Part shown: positions 12,057 through 26,759 of the stretch, in pieces
Numbering within the stretch: position 1 is the first letter of the stretch
Layout: the number at the start of each line of letters is the position of its first letter
From: Adineta vaga
Lineage: Eukaryota; Animalia; Rotifera
NCBI GenBank assembly: GCA_021613535.1
Contig: CP075495.1
Location: forward strand, 12,958,001 to 13,022,000
Direction of reading: 5' to 3'
Length of the DNA stretch: 64,000 nucleotides
The notes under the pieces: model-generated
Seen by the model: only the letters and a program-made list of their open reading frames with translations
What the model was told of the DNA's origin: nothing
Databases searched by the model: none
Made by a program: the position numbers and the translations under genes

Positions 12057-15000
12057 TTATACATAACTATCATTTGAATCATCGCGTTTTGTCGATGGAG
12101 ATGGTGGTGCTGGTGCTGGTCTTAATGGTGCACGAGATTTAATATGAACTCGAGGTATATTTCTATCATTTGTTGTTTGAAAAGAATTATTATTGTTATT
12201 TTCAGGAACTAATGGTATTGTTTCATCACACATATTTCCTACAATTGTTCGTTGTGGTTGATTGCGATTATTCTTATTTGTTGTTGGAATTAAATATGAA
12301 TCATTTCTATCTTGAGGATAATCTTGATCTGATTGAGACAAGTATGTATGAGTTGTACCTTCACTTGCCGTTGGATAATATTCATTGTTGGTGGTCGTTG
12401 TTGGACGAAAAGTGACATCATTCGTACGACGAGAATTTAATGGACTATTATTTGCATCAGGATTATTTTCACTATCAAATGTTGGTAAATCACTGACACC
12501 TTGGACTTCACCAAAACGTAGAACATTTTCGTCCGTTGCATTTTCTTCTTCATAACGATTGTATTCGGATCGATAATACTAAAAGAAAAAAAATCACATT
12601 ATCAGTAATGAAATAATTAAATAAATATGAAATCTACTTCAAATGCTTGTTTTGATAATGTTTTGGAATGACATAGAAGAGCACGTATTCGTGTCATTTC
12701 TGGCCGACGATTTTCTTCAACAAGACATTCACATATAATGGCATAACTAAATGAATGAAAACAATAGAGAAAGATGGCTTAAACAAAAAGTTTTCTTTAC
12801 ATGTTTCCAGGTATTTCTTTTTGATAATCAATATATTGAAGAACACGACCTTCACTAACTACACGAGCTAATCGATGAAAAAAACTTTCACCATTATTTC
12901 GATGTTGCATTTCTTCCACAAGTTTATGAAACGGTCGAATACGACCTTAATAAACAATCAAAAAATAGATCAAATAAAGAAAATGAGATAATTATATAGT
13001 TACATTTAAGAAATAATGTCCAAAGAAAGATTCCAAATGACCATCTATTCCATAAAACAAGAACATATTCTTATATAGAAGGAAATCTAAGATAAATTCG
13101 TCTTACACATCAGATTTGATTGATGATTTATTTAATAGTAAACGTTCATCAGGAGTTGATGCACGTAAAAATGCTCGAGCAAGTTCGGGTGTTAAATTAT
13201 GAGTAGCTAATTCATTCTAAATGTAAAGGAAGACATGTAGATTCTCAACTCTCTCTCTTTCAAACTAATAGCATACATTTTTCTTTTCAAGTTGTACACT
13301 ATCATGTTGAGCAAGTTGTTCTCGATAACTTTTATATGTTGTCCATGTTGCCAAACTAAATCAAATAGAATATTTCTCTTTTCAAACAAAAAAATGTGCA
13401 AATCATTTCTACCCAAAATCACATATTTTCATGATAAATCTTGAACTAACTAAAACGTTTCTTGCTGCTATATCACAATGTGCAATTTGTCTTCGATTCA
13501 AATAATCAACACCACAAGCAACTTGATAAGCAGCTAACACTAAATCATCATCTGTCAATATACATAGATCAATTGCTTGAGTAACAGTCATTCCCGAATC
13601 ACTTTGTTTAGCTAATGTTTCATATAATGAAAGTTTACCATGTGATGGAGTTGATGATGGAAGAATAAAACGTTTTAACATCGATTCAAGTGAACCATTC
13701 GAACATAATTCCATTAGATAAAATGAATCTTCATCACGTATTAATCCACCAGTAATTAAATATTTAAATTTCGTTTCGGGATACGCAACTTTAATTAATG
13801 AAACAATATTAACATGTTTACCAGCTTTATGCATAACTTTAATTTCATCTATTAACATTTCAGCAGCTTTCTTCTTTTGTAATTCTTTTTTTGATAGCAT
13901 TTCTTGACTTTCTTCCATGTCATCACTTTTCTTATGTTTTTCTCGGCGACGTTCAATATTACGTATACTATCAGGTAATAATTTCGCAGCAACAAGACCA
14001 ACTTCAGGTAAACGTACTTGATAGACAACACCAAATTGACCATGACCAAGTTCTTTAAAATCATCTTTTAATGGAGGTAAACTATCGCCATTAACATAGT
14101 TCAGTAATGTACGAACTTGTTGTGTTGATGCAAAATTATCTGGTAATGGTATTCGAGTTAATTGTGTCATTGGTGGTTGAGATTTATCTTCAGGTTCAAC
14201 AGGTTGTTCAGCATGAAAGATACTTTTATTAACAATTTTCTTCATTTTATAATATTTAACAGCAACGATAATTAGTAAAACAAGAAGAAGAATTATTAAA
14301 CAACCTGAGATTATTATAAAAATTAATGTCAAACGACGAAATCTTGTATGTAGATTAGGACCTATACGAACAGAAACAGTAAAGAATAGAAAAAACAATT
14401 ATAATGATATAGTACCTTTAACTCGTAAATCAAAACTTCGACGTAATATTGAATCACGACCATTTGTTAATTCACAAGTATAATAACCAGTGTCAGACGC
14501 TTGAGCTCGAGTAATATGAATACTGAAATTAAACAATCATACGATTAATTAAATTCACATACTTCAAATGACTCGAATCTTACTTCTTCATATTTCAGTT
14601 CTAGACTAACGTTTCCTCAACTGAAAACTCACTAATCATTCTGTTAACACTATCATATCCTATTGATATCGAAGTCAATTTTTACCTTCCATTATTATCA
14701 CGTAATTGTAAAGTTGAATTATCACTAATCAATGGCATATTTCCTTTTAACCAAACTATTTTTGGTTGTGGTTTTCCATAATATGTACAATCAAATTCAA
14801 CATCAATACCCGTTTTTCGATCTATTTTAATAACTGATGATAAATTAGTTTTGAATTTCAATGTTTCAGGATCTAAATACAGAAGAAAAGATCGAAGTCT
14901 CATTTAAATCTCATCATATCTATCAATTTCTATTTACTATCAACATCAATTATATATGTATCATTCATATTAACAATTACATCTGGTCGTTTTGACAAAG

Positions 15001-17905
15001 CTGTACATTTTAAATATCCATTTCTTCCAATTCTTTTCAATGGTGGTGTTTTGACTTCAATAGCTGTATCTCGAATAAAATCACTAATAAAAACAAAAGT
15101 AAACTCGTTAATAGAATAAATAGATTCTTCAGAATAAACCTAGTTGGTGATAGCCAATCGATATCAACTTGTCTTGGTTGATGTGTTTCAATTAAGCGCC
15201 ATTCTGGATCAAATCGATTTCTTTCATACGTCGATGATCCATCATTATAAGTCATTCGTAGATCATCATAAATTAAATCATGTCCCGTACATCGATACGT
15301 CAAAATATCACCAGTAACTAAACCAAATTCGGGTTTACTAACAACAAACATACTTCGATTACCTTAATCAAGAGAAAAAAACAAATGACATATAAATCAA
15401 ACTTTGGTGTTTGTTTCTTACGTGCTAAAACTGTTAAAGCTTTTGCAAGTTCAATTGATCCATTTTGTTCATAACAACAAATATATTGATAACCAATCGA
15501 TGGATCACGAAGTGTTTGTGATTCAATACTAACAAATTGTGTTTCAAAATTATTAATACGAGTTGCTTTTGTTGTTGATAAACGTTGACTTGAATATGTT
15601 TGACATGTTTTATCAATAATATCTGATAAACAATTATCCATTGAACATTCAATATGTTGAATAAATACGTTTAATGATCGTTCAATGTCAGCTCGATGAC
15701 GAACAGTACAAACGACTCGATACGATTCATTCTCATAGATACCATAGGGATAAATATTCACTTTATTTTTAAAATTTTCTTCACGCCATGGAATATAACG
15801 TGGAATTTGATTCGGTACAAAAGCAAGTTGTCCAACAGGTTTTCCAATCATTCGGTTTAATCATTTGATTTTTTTCTAAAGCAGAAGATTTTGCTTTTAT
15901 TTTAATATCGCGTTCATCTTCGAATGTAATATTATAAATTGTTAAAGTAAATTCATAGAATTGATTTTCACGATCTGCTCTAAATACACATATAAAATTA
16001 ATTAGATAAACATGCAATACAAACACAAATAGTTTAGCTGAGGTTTATTTTTTTACACAATTATATTCATGCTAAACATACACATGCAAATACCTTTAGT
16101 CGGTTCTGTGAATAAATGAATAGAAGAGAAGAAGAAGAAGTACATATTAGCTACTTGTGAGTGTTGTAATCAATTTAGCGATGAATACTTACGTCGATAT
16201 GATTTCAAAACGTTTGTCATTAGCTAAAGAAATTCCATCACGTGTGATTTCCAAAAGAATTTTTGAACGTGGAATTGTAAATATGGATATATCATAACTA
16301 CTATCTGATCCGTAGGAGGCAGGAATAAAAGTATTCGAACCAGTTGAAGTTACTTCAAGATCAAGTAATGGTGCTAAAAGACAGATGATTGGATATATTT
16401 TTGAAAAAATATGAAAAATAAAAACCTACTATCAGCACATTTTATATCAACAGAACGTGAATAAATGCCTTGTTCGGATACACGCACACAATAAAATCGA
16501 TAAACTTTATTTGGTTTAAAACCACGTAGAGTAATTGAACTATTACGACTATAAAGTTGTGTCAACGGATTAAATACAGCTCTTTCAGTTTCATTTGCAA
16601 TAAGGTTAAGCTAAAATATAAACTATAAATGAAATGAAATAATTTTCGAGAATAGATTTACATCAAAAATATCTTCAAACCAAAAGATACTGGGTATTTT
16701 TCGAGCAAGTTTTGTCCCATATTGAATTTCACAACTTAATTTAACTGTTTCATCTGGCATAACATTTAGACTTGGTTGATGAATTTCAATATGATCAGCT
16801 AGAAGAAATATTCGAGATAAATACCTATGATTAAATAGAATTGTAAATAACAAAAAACATACGATCAAATGAATCAAATGGAACTCGAGATATTTGACTT
16901 GGTGTATAATTACTCATACAAGTAAATCCATTTAATGCAGTTGGCAACTTTGGATTTTCTATTGCAAAACCAATTTGTGGATCAAAGAAAACTTTCTAAA
17001 CAAAATATTTCACATGCATGAAAATCTTCTTCGTAGAAACTGATTAATACGAACTGAAGCTTGTAAATCTGATGGATTAAAATGAACTGGAATACATATA
17101 TCTTGACCAGTACATATAGGTATATTACATTTCAATTCATTCACTTGTCGTTCTCGTGCACTACATTGCCGAGTTGGACATTGACTAGAATTAGTTGGTG
17201 TTGGACATGACATTCGAGGATACCAACTTGTTGTCTGACATGGTAGATTAAAAAAATGAATACCTGTTTGCTGTAAGACAGTTGGATAGAGTCTTTTAGT
17301 AAATACGGAAGTTCCATCTATGAAAGTGAGTTATTGATGACTTTGATTTTGAAAGAAAAAAAAAGAACTATATACCTTGAATAAATACATGAACACTCGT
17401 TTCTTGTTTTTTATCATTAACTGTTTCTGAACATGTATAACGTCCGACAAGTTCCGAACGAAGTTGATTTCTCAATGTTGCTGTTACTATTTTCGATTGA
17501 TAATCTCGATTTAATGCTAAATGCTATTAAAAAAAGAGAGACTTTTTATCTTTCTATCAAGTATCAAATTATATTTTCATACACTGTTTGCTGCTGGTGG
17601 AGGAATCAATGTAATCGAATCTGTTTTTCCTTTGCATCGTAAGAAATATGATAATCGACCTTGTAATGCATCAGCATGGAATTGAATTTCTCGTGGAACA
17701 AGATAATATCGAAATATTTCATCAATTGAATTTATATCTTCACGTTTTCTTTCAACAATATGTGCACTTTCTGGATATTCAATCGTAACACCTTGATAAC
17801 AAAAAAAAGGTATATTATATTAAATTTTAATAAAAAAAGAAAAATGATTTTACTTTCAATTTGAGAATAAGTTAACAGAACAATGATTCCTAATATTCGT
17901 AACAT
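12057..17905 (-). CDS. Receptor tyrosine kinase with multiple Ig-like domains (VEGFR/PDGFR/FGFR-like, divergent); apparent frameshifts at about 13330 and about 15855
   Basis: Signal peptide MLRILGIIVLLTYSQIE; Ig motifs (VEFDCTYYGKPQPKIVWLK, DTGYYTC); TM LTLIFIIISGCLIILLLVLLIIVAV; kinase LGHGQFGVV, VAAK, HCDIAARNVLV, KICDFG, SDVWSFG; Tyr-containing tail. Confidence 0.85.
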
Positions 17906-18164
17906 CCTTTCAAAATGAAGTAAGAGAAAAAAAAACCACGACAGTAAAAGGTAAAAGAATGAATGAATCATTTGTTACCTTTTACAAATCAGATGATAGA
18001 GAGACTTTACACCTGACATCTAGTGACCTTTAACATTATTCGTTTATATATGTCTATGAGAATCTCTCTAGTCGTCTAACTTGATAAATTTGAATTCTCT
18101 TCGTTTTTTTTGTTAAACTTTTATCTTTATTTCATATATCAACAAAAGTAAAAGTATCAACGAG
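17906..18164. promoter_or_regulatory. Putative bidirectional promoter between the RTK (-) and Wntless (+)
   Basis: Head-to-head start codons only about 260 bp apart. Confidence 0.5.
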
Positions 18165-20428
18165 ATGGTTTATCTCGTTCTATTAGAACAATTAACACGC
18201 CAAAAGCTTCTAAGTTTTCTTATTTGTTTAATAATTCTTCAAATTATCTATTTTCTTCTCGGTGGTCTCATCGGTGAGATTGAAAAAGGTTAATAGATCC
18301 ATTCATATACACCGAAATGTTTATTTTTCTAGCAACAAAACCAACCTATGCTACCAATCATGAATTTAGTTTATGTCAATCGAAATTTAATCAACCATGG
18401 ATTTATCATCATCCACAAAGCAATTGTATTGAACAACATCTAGAATTTGGAACTGTACGAGAAGAACTTCAAAAGTTATGATCTTTGATTTTTTTTGTTT
18501 CTATTGCATAGGGAAAGGCTTGGAAAGATTTTGTTTATGTTATGCAATTACCACGAATATCACGATGGTTTCAAACTTTAACATCCATTGTAATACCAAA
18601 AATTGATTATGATTCACGAGTTAATCTTAGTAAGTTAGTTTTTGTTTATCTTGAATTGTGAATTTCTTATCGAATATTTAGGTTCAAATGCAATCGTAAC
18701 ATATGATGTTCGTCTTGCTTATAAAACAGATGAAATGTATGATGATCCAAATTCTGAATGGAAATTATTAGTTCAATCTCGAGAATCACGTTCGATTCAA
18801 TGTGAACCAATCTATTACCATAAAACTGAAAATAAAGTAAAATTCTTATTCTATTGAAAAGACAAATAATTTCGTTTGCTTCTTTGAGAATATTCCTGAT
18901 ACATATTCGTGTGAATCATTTGCTTTTCTTGAATTATCAACATTAAAATACCCATATTATTTAATTAATTTACAAATTATTGATAAAAATGGTCTTTCAC
19001 AAAATATTGGCAAATTAAAAACATTTGAATTTGTTGTTCGTACTTTTTCTTCAAATCTATCTTTTCATTCATATTTTGAATATTTAGGGTATTTATCAAA
19101 CGGAAACATTCACTAAAATGTGGTACATATTGAAAAGTATTACATTTCCAATTGTTCTTCTCGCTTTACTTTGGTTTTGTCGACAAATGAAACGTGCAGA
19201 AAAACCATATACAAATCTTGACAAGTAAAGATTGATATTTAAAACAATCAAATATCTTCTTTCGTTTTGTTTTCATTTAGATTATTATTCTTACTTGGTC
19301 TAGCAACATGCATACTCAATGGTCTGTCTTATTTAATATTGACATAACCTTTGTATTATTGTTCTGGTATTTTCTATTTTTAGCTCCAATTGAATGGTTA
19401 ACATTGATCGTACCTTTCAATGGTTTTCAAATTTATAGTGAAATTCGACAAGGATTCTTTCTTACAATTCTTTTGACATTTTGGTTATTTTTTGCTGGTG
19501 AACATATTGTTGTAAGATTATTTCATTTTAACATGAGATATATTTTTGATTTTTTTTTTCGTCTAGGATAAAAATCAAAATGGAATGTTTTGGTCTTATG
19601 GAAAATATATTGGTTTACTTTGGTTTGCTTCAGGTATTTTACTGATTTTTGCTTTATGCCAAAGGTAAAACAAGAAGAGATAATATTATCTGAATGACTT
19701 AGTATTCTATATAGAGGATTTCAACTTTGGAATCCATTTCATTCCATTTGGTCAACCTCTGCTGGTCGAAATGCAAGTTTAACATTTCTTATACTTGCGG
19801 GTCATCGGGTTTTATCTATTTAATTTGTCTTATGATTCTTGTCGTACGTGTTTTTTGGAATATTCGTAGTAAACAAGGTGAATTAGCAGCAATGCGTCGC
19901 ATACGACGTTTAATGTATCAGGTTAGTGAAATATAAGATTGAATTAGAAAATGTGTTCATACTCTTCTAATTCTAGGGTGCATTCTATCGATTTCAATTT
20001 TTGTTATTATCAACAATTTTATGTGCTGTATTAACTATTGTTTGGTATTGTTTAAGTCAGATTTATGAAACAGAATGGGTTTGGGATGCAGAAAAACGAC
20101 CAAAAATTCATTATTCAGGTGCATTTATTACTGGTAAGAGAATCAATTCCCTCAAGTTTTTTTTCTTCTCATAACCTAAGATTTTATTCAAAGGTATTTA
20201 CGGTATGTTAAATATCTATGTATTTTCTGTTTTGATATTATTCTCACCAATCATTTCAAATGTTGATGATATGGATGAGTTAAGTAAGTCAAAAATAAAA
20301 ATATATATTAAATTCAAAACATAATTCAATTTCTTTTAGCATTAACTGATGATGATGGTAATACTATGCATTTAACAAATAATCAAACTTCAGCTTATCA
20401 AATGATTACAAAAGCAGCAATCAGTTAG
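18165..20428 (+). CDS. WLS: Wntless (Wls/Evi/MIG-14) Wnt secretion carrier; multi-exon; apparent frameshift at about 19800
   Basis: N-terminus LEQLTRQKL...LQIIYFLLGGLI, ISRWFQ, DVRLAYK, PYYLINL, FTKMW, PIEWL, EIRQGFF...FWLFFAGEH, RGFQLWNPFHSIWST, YQGAFYRFQFLL, GIYGMLNIY. Confidence 0.9.
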
Positions 20429-20615
20429 AAACTCTATGTAAAATTATGTAGTGACAATGTCAAATAATCTCATGATATCTCTTCAATAATGATCTATTTG
20501 TTTTTCTTTTTTGTTATTATACGAATCTTTTTTCTTGTATAAAAATCTTCGTAGAAATTTTGTTAGACTATGACATTAAATTCTTCTTACTTGTATCTGC
20601 TTGTTTATATTGTAG

Positions 20616-23323
20616 ATGATGATTAATGATACAAATAACGCGGCTATGGCCATTGATCAAGAACTTTATCCCGCTTTAATTCAATGTTTCTTTATCATCG
20701 GTTTTGGTTATGTTGCTGGACAATTGAGTTTATTAACGAATACGCAATCTATAGGTCTTTCACGTTATATCAGTAATTTTGCTTTACCTGCTGTGATATT
20801 TAAAAATCTTGTCAGTGTACACTTTCAAAGTGTATCATGGGGATTTCTTGCATCTGTATTTATTGCTAAAGTAACTGTTTTTCTTTGCACGGCTATTATA
20901 ACTCTAATTGGTGAACGTCCACGAAATTTTGCAAGTATGGGATTATATGCAATAATGACATCACAAAGTAATGATTTTGCATTAATGTTACCGATCATCA
21001 GTGCTGTCTATCGACAAACTCATCCTGATTATGAACGATATATTTATTTAATTGCACCGATATCATTAGTTATACTCAATCCAATTGGTATTCTTTTAAT
21101 TGAAATACAAAAACGTTTTAATGAACAAAATCAACATCGAAAAACAAATGCACGTGATCGTTTGCAGTTATTGAAAATAATATCGAAAAATATTAGTCGA
21201 AATCCTATTGTTATATGTACATTACTTGGTGTTATATTTAATCGAATATTTAATGAACATTTACCTTCAATTCTTGATCATATATTGACACCAGTTGCTC
21301 AATCATTTAGTTCGACTGCATTATTTTATCTTGGTTTAACTATGGTCGGAAAATTAAGTCGACTTCATGCACATTTAGTTATAACTGTATTTACTTTGAG
21401 TATGATTAAATTAATTATCTTTCCATTAGTTTTACGTCAAGCAATATTCTTTTTTCTTAAACCAATTAATGGAAGTTTAAATAGTACTATTGATTATTCT
21501 AATTTTGGTTTTCTCTATGGAACAGCACCAACAGCACCTTCAGTGATCTTTTATGTACCAGAATCAAATGCTGCATTACAAGCAATTGCTTCGACGGGTT
21601 TAGTTGTTTCAACATTACTTGCAGGACCAATCATGTTAATTTCAGCGAAAATGATTAATTTAAAAACATTGGATTTAATCAAAGCTCAATCATATGATTC
21701 AATCTTATTAAAAACTGCATATGATTTAAGTTTCATGTCATTACTTTGTACTCTTATTGTTCTGATTGGATTTATTTTACGTCATCGTTTATTAAAAATA
21801 TCATTTATACATCAATATACATTTATTTTCGTTGGTCTTCAAATGATTCATGCAATTTGGACACTTGCTATTCAAAATATACCTACATCCATCGTAACTA
21901 CAGTTGGTAAGAAGATAGCTTTAAAAATTCTTAAAATATGAAATTTATTAATAATCGATTTCGATTTTGAAATACAATTTCTCGTATTTTAGGTAGTATT
22001 CTAACAGCTTTTCTTACTCGTGCATGGGCAACAAGTATTTCACTTGCTCTTATGGTAACAATGTGTTATTCGAGAGAACGTGCTCGTCGATACTGTTGGT
22101 TGTATCATTTATTTGGTTGGCTTTTACCAATTGTTACAACTCTTGCAATTTATTTAATATCAACAATAAGTACTAAAAATGAAGATTCAACAGCAGGACT
22201 TCGAAAAATTGAAACAATGCAATATAGTGCTGCAATAGTTTTACTTGCTCTATGTATTATTATCAGTACAATTAGTCTTCTTCTTATTGCACGTCGTACA
22301 TATCAATCAAAACGAAATAGTGAACAAAATCGTCGTACAAATTCTCTATCTGAAGAAATCCGACCATTAATGGAAACTGAAAATGAAGATAATGATTCTC
22401 ATCATGCATCAATCAATTCTGCATCAACAGGTAATTTATTATTTACTGAAATATATATATATCATCAAAAGAAGTTTTTCTCGTAGAAGTAACATCCGTA
22501 GAAGCAGATACACAACTATTTCGCCATGCGGTACTTGTTGGCCTATTGAATATAAATGCGTTTGTTGTAAGTTTATTATTTTTGTTTTCAATGTATAAAA
22601 TTAATACCTATTCGCTATCATTTAGTGCATATCAAGTTTATTATGGTCAATTGTAGTTACAGATCATGATGGTATCTACTATGAATTACAATTTCTTGAT
22701 ACTTCATTATTACATGGTCAAGTAAGATACGCATTTTTATGATGGTTTTTTTTTAATACTCTATTTCATATTTGAAATCTTCAGGGCATTATAACATTTC
22801 TTGTTTTTGCATTGGATGCTGAATTATTATTACCTATTCGTCGAAAGTAAGATATGAAAATAAACTCAAATCATTCGATTTTCTTTCTAATAATAATTTT
22901 TATAGGATTATAAAATTATTAATTCGTTTTGGTTGGAAAGTGACCTGTTTGTCAGATGGTACAAATCATAAACCAATACATAAACAACGATCACTTGATT
23001 TTGAACGTCGAATTCGACCAGATTTCATTCGATATTCTGTATCAACACAGAGGTAAAGGACAAAAATTTATCTTTGAGAAATTATTAGTTTAACTTTTTT
23101 GCTTTGTTTCAGTATGAATAGTTCATTAGACACGATGGAAACGATTTTTAATGGAAATGATTTTTGTCAATGGCTTGTATCAAATAGTTTTGTTGACAAT
23201 GATTTGAAAGCACAGGATTATTGCCAAGAATTGATCGAAATGAAACAAATTGTTTGTATTAATCGTCAGGCAAAAGAACAAACTCTTGATTCAATCAATC
23301 ATTGGTATGCTTTTACCAAATAG
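20616..23323 (+). CDS. GPR155: GPR155/LYCHOS lysosomal cholesterol sensor (PIN-like transporter domain, GPCR-like domain, DEP domain)
   Basis: LYPALIQCFFIIGFGYVAG, FALPAVIF, TSQSNDFAL, YIYLIAPISLVILNPIG, FLYGTAPTAP, GWLLP, ELQFLD...GQG, DEP-like FNGNDFCQWL. Confidence 0.9.
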
Positions 23324-26300
23324 AAATTCAATAGATAGATCGATATATATTCATCTATGTATGTTCTTTTTTTATTATATCTTTATATTTTGTAATTGTC
23401 ACTCTGAATATAAATACCGGTGAAATGATGTGTTTATATTTTTAATAATTTTTTTTTCTTTTCAGTACTTTGATTTATTCGGCTTTTTCTTTTGTACAGG
23501 TTTATTTGTACTTTTTTATAAATTTTTTTTTATTGAGGGAACGATTTCCTAATTAAATGATAAAATAATGAGATGGTTTTTTTTATAACATGTATTTAAT
23601 GAATTGTTGACAACGATTCAGCGTAATAAAACTAATGACAGGTAGTTAGTCATTCTATTCTTGATTAGAATAAAAGCTTTCTACATTGCTTGTATGTTCT
23701 GCAAAAAGAAATTATCCTACTTTGAACAATCTTCTTTCAGCTAAATAAACTACCAAGCATTACTTGCGCTTCATCTCACTGGTATTGAGGAGAAAGCTTC
23801 TGTTCTAAGACAAGAAAGGGTTTCATCTAAATACTATTGGATACGTAGACTATGAAAATCCTTTGTTCTTGCACGTTTTTTTTCCTATCTATAACGTTAA
23901 TAAGCATTTAACAGTCATATGTCCTTGTATAAATTTTTTCTATTCGTAGTAACTAGGTCTCTTACAACATGACGCAAATGATGACGTGTAAGTATTTCGT
24001 TTGATGTCATTTTATATTATTTTACTCGATGTACTGAATCCTATTAGATACGGTATTTGTAAGTTTAACGGAAATAACTATATAGATGGAAATAATATAG
24101 AGAAGAATAAAATGTATTTTAACGGCATGACATGTTTTTTTGTTAGTCAATAGACAGATGTATTCGAGTCTTTCTAATTAAATAGATCATCATCTACTGA
24201 TATTCTCGCAAGGATAAAATTTCTGTTCTGTAAATGTTAAGTGGTAAAAATTGAATATGATGTGGTTTATTTTCGGATAATAAATTGAATTAGATAAGAG
24301 ATGAAACCGTCGTGACTTTACTCTCTTTCCTTTGAGAATTACTACATCTGTTTTTGTATCTTCTAAATGATCGTAAATTGTTAAAAGCAGCTGTTTTGTT
24401 AGGTATTGTTTTCTCATACAGCAACCAAATTAGAACAGACAGAAAATTGTCTAAAATGAATTATGATACAAGTAGTATAAAAGAGAGTAGTAATGACGTA
24501 AGTAGACCTGAAAAGTTTAAATTTGATAATAAATCAAAAAATTCTGCCGGACATAGTTATCATATTTAATCAGTAAATTGACACTATCGTTCACTGTTCT
24601 GATAATAGTCATTACGTAATCACAATGTTTGCTTGTATACAATGTCACCGTAAAAAAGAAACAGCTTCTTCCGTTGATACTCCCACTCTTCGAGAAGTCG
24701 TGTACCATTTGCAAAGTACATATTATTGAAAAAGAAAAAAGTTGAACTATAGTCGACCTGAAAAGATAAGTACTTTTTTCTTAAAGGTGAAACTTTGTTT
24801 TTAAATCTGATAGCACATTTATCATCGAGTTTGTTTTAGTGAAGAGAATATTTGCTTATATTTATTATTTATTTCGAATTTCGACCTTATACGTTTCTAT
24901 TATTGTTCTATTCGATTTTGAAATATAATACAGATAGATTGCTCGATTTCCTTTATTAAGAACTATGTATGGCTAAATATCATTTCTCTTGAAGTAACTC
25001 TTATAGTACGTAAATATACGATTATTAGTAGAGGAACTACATAAATATGTAAATGAAGGATGTGTTGTTATTCTCCGAGTAAAAGAATCGACTACAAACA
25101 GAAACGGCAGACGTTTGTTTTGAGAAAAACATTTATAAGTTGAAAACAATCTTTATCTATACATCAATAGACATTTCTTTTCATTTTTCTTCACATTATA
25201 GTTCCAGGCAAGGATAAAAATAATAATAATAATAGTTCTTCGTCATTTTTTTGTTAAATGGCATCGATGAATTTTGTATGCATCATATACATATACCTTC
25301 TCTATGAAAATAAAAACGGAAGAAAAAATACCGATGGGTGTAAATGTTTGTCTTCGTTATGTTGTTTTCTTTTAAATAGTATTCTTTAGGGATGGATTGT
25401 AATCAGGTTTTGACATGTATAAATGTATATATTCAAGGTCTTTTGTGTTTGCTTAATATAAGTTTTTTTTTCATTTTTGGACTAATCTAGTTCTACCGTA
25501 GAATTGATGAGATTATTTTATTTTCTATACACGAATAAAAAGAGATCTGTCAATCGAGTGTTAGATAAGAATAAATCGACATTGATAGAGTATAATAACA
25601 TGGACATATGGCAATTTTGATATATTCATTGTTTAAATAACTACCTATCATAAAAATCCAGACACTGATGTTAGACTAGAGATAGAAAGTACATTTCATT
25701 TGTGAGAAGAAGAAGAAGAAGAGGAAGGAGAAAAAAAGCGGATATTTGTTATAAAAACAAAGAAAGAAAGAATAAGTAAGCCTTGATGGAGAAGTAGATA
25801 TGTAGTTGACATCAACAATTTTCTCGTTGTTTAGCAATGAAAATAGACATTTTTGTGGTGTGAAGTATTTCTATTAATCGTTTTCTTTATTTTTTATTTG
25901 AGTTTTCTTATGAAAAGAATCGATAAAGAGCATGACAGGAAACGAATTAATTCTCTGATTTGAACATGAAAATCATCACATATAGAAAATAAATGAGCAG
26001 TTAAAACATTACATTTTTTGTCATACACACTATCAGATGACGATGATGTAACAACGATTCTACTTATCATAAACGTAGCAGCTGCATCAGAATATTATAA
26101 AGTCAAATTAGAATTTTCTTCTGCTATTTTTGTTTCTCTTTGACACTTACGACGATAAACACGAGTTTTGTTCTCAATCTACTCATTACAAATCCATCGT
26201 TTAAACATAGAGACAAAAACGAACTTTATCGTACTTTTCGTACTCGTATAACGAAAATCCGTTTTGTTAATTTATTTTTTCAACTAAATTTAAGTTCTTG

Positions 26301-26759
26301 TTCATCAAACTACTCAAATTTTTCCGCTTGAAAACATATTTCATATCTTTTCAAAGTTATAACTATACATACTTGACTAATATGCAATTAAATAAAGCTT
26401 TAACTTTTCATCCTTGTCTAAAGAACACGAATATTTCTTTTTTTCTTCTTCTACTCCTCTATGTTACTGTTCTTTGTCTCATTCTTTTTCTTCTCTTTAT
26501 TCTCTCTCAGCTCGATATGTGTCGCAAACATCCATGTGTATGTTGTTGTGTTGTCATTACATTTTCTACGTGTAGTCATTGCAGATTTTGGTAGTAGTTG
26601 TCGTTTTTCTTTCTTCTCTTTTCATCATCTCTCTCACTTTTTTTTCTTCTATGCTACTCGCTTTTCTTTTCTATTCTTTTAAATACCTTCTAAAGACATT
26701 TGTTAATAATACTCAATGTTAAAACAAATTGGCTGAATTTTCTTCGTTTCTCTTAGAGA

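Noticed and set aside
23400-26700. Short ORFs in the long intergenic region upstream of the NCS gene
   Set aside because: F/L/K-rich compositional ORFs with no splice-consistent model; more likely regulatory sequence or 5' UTR.
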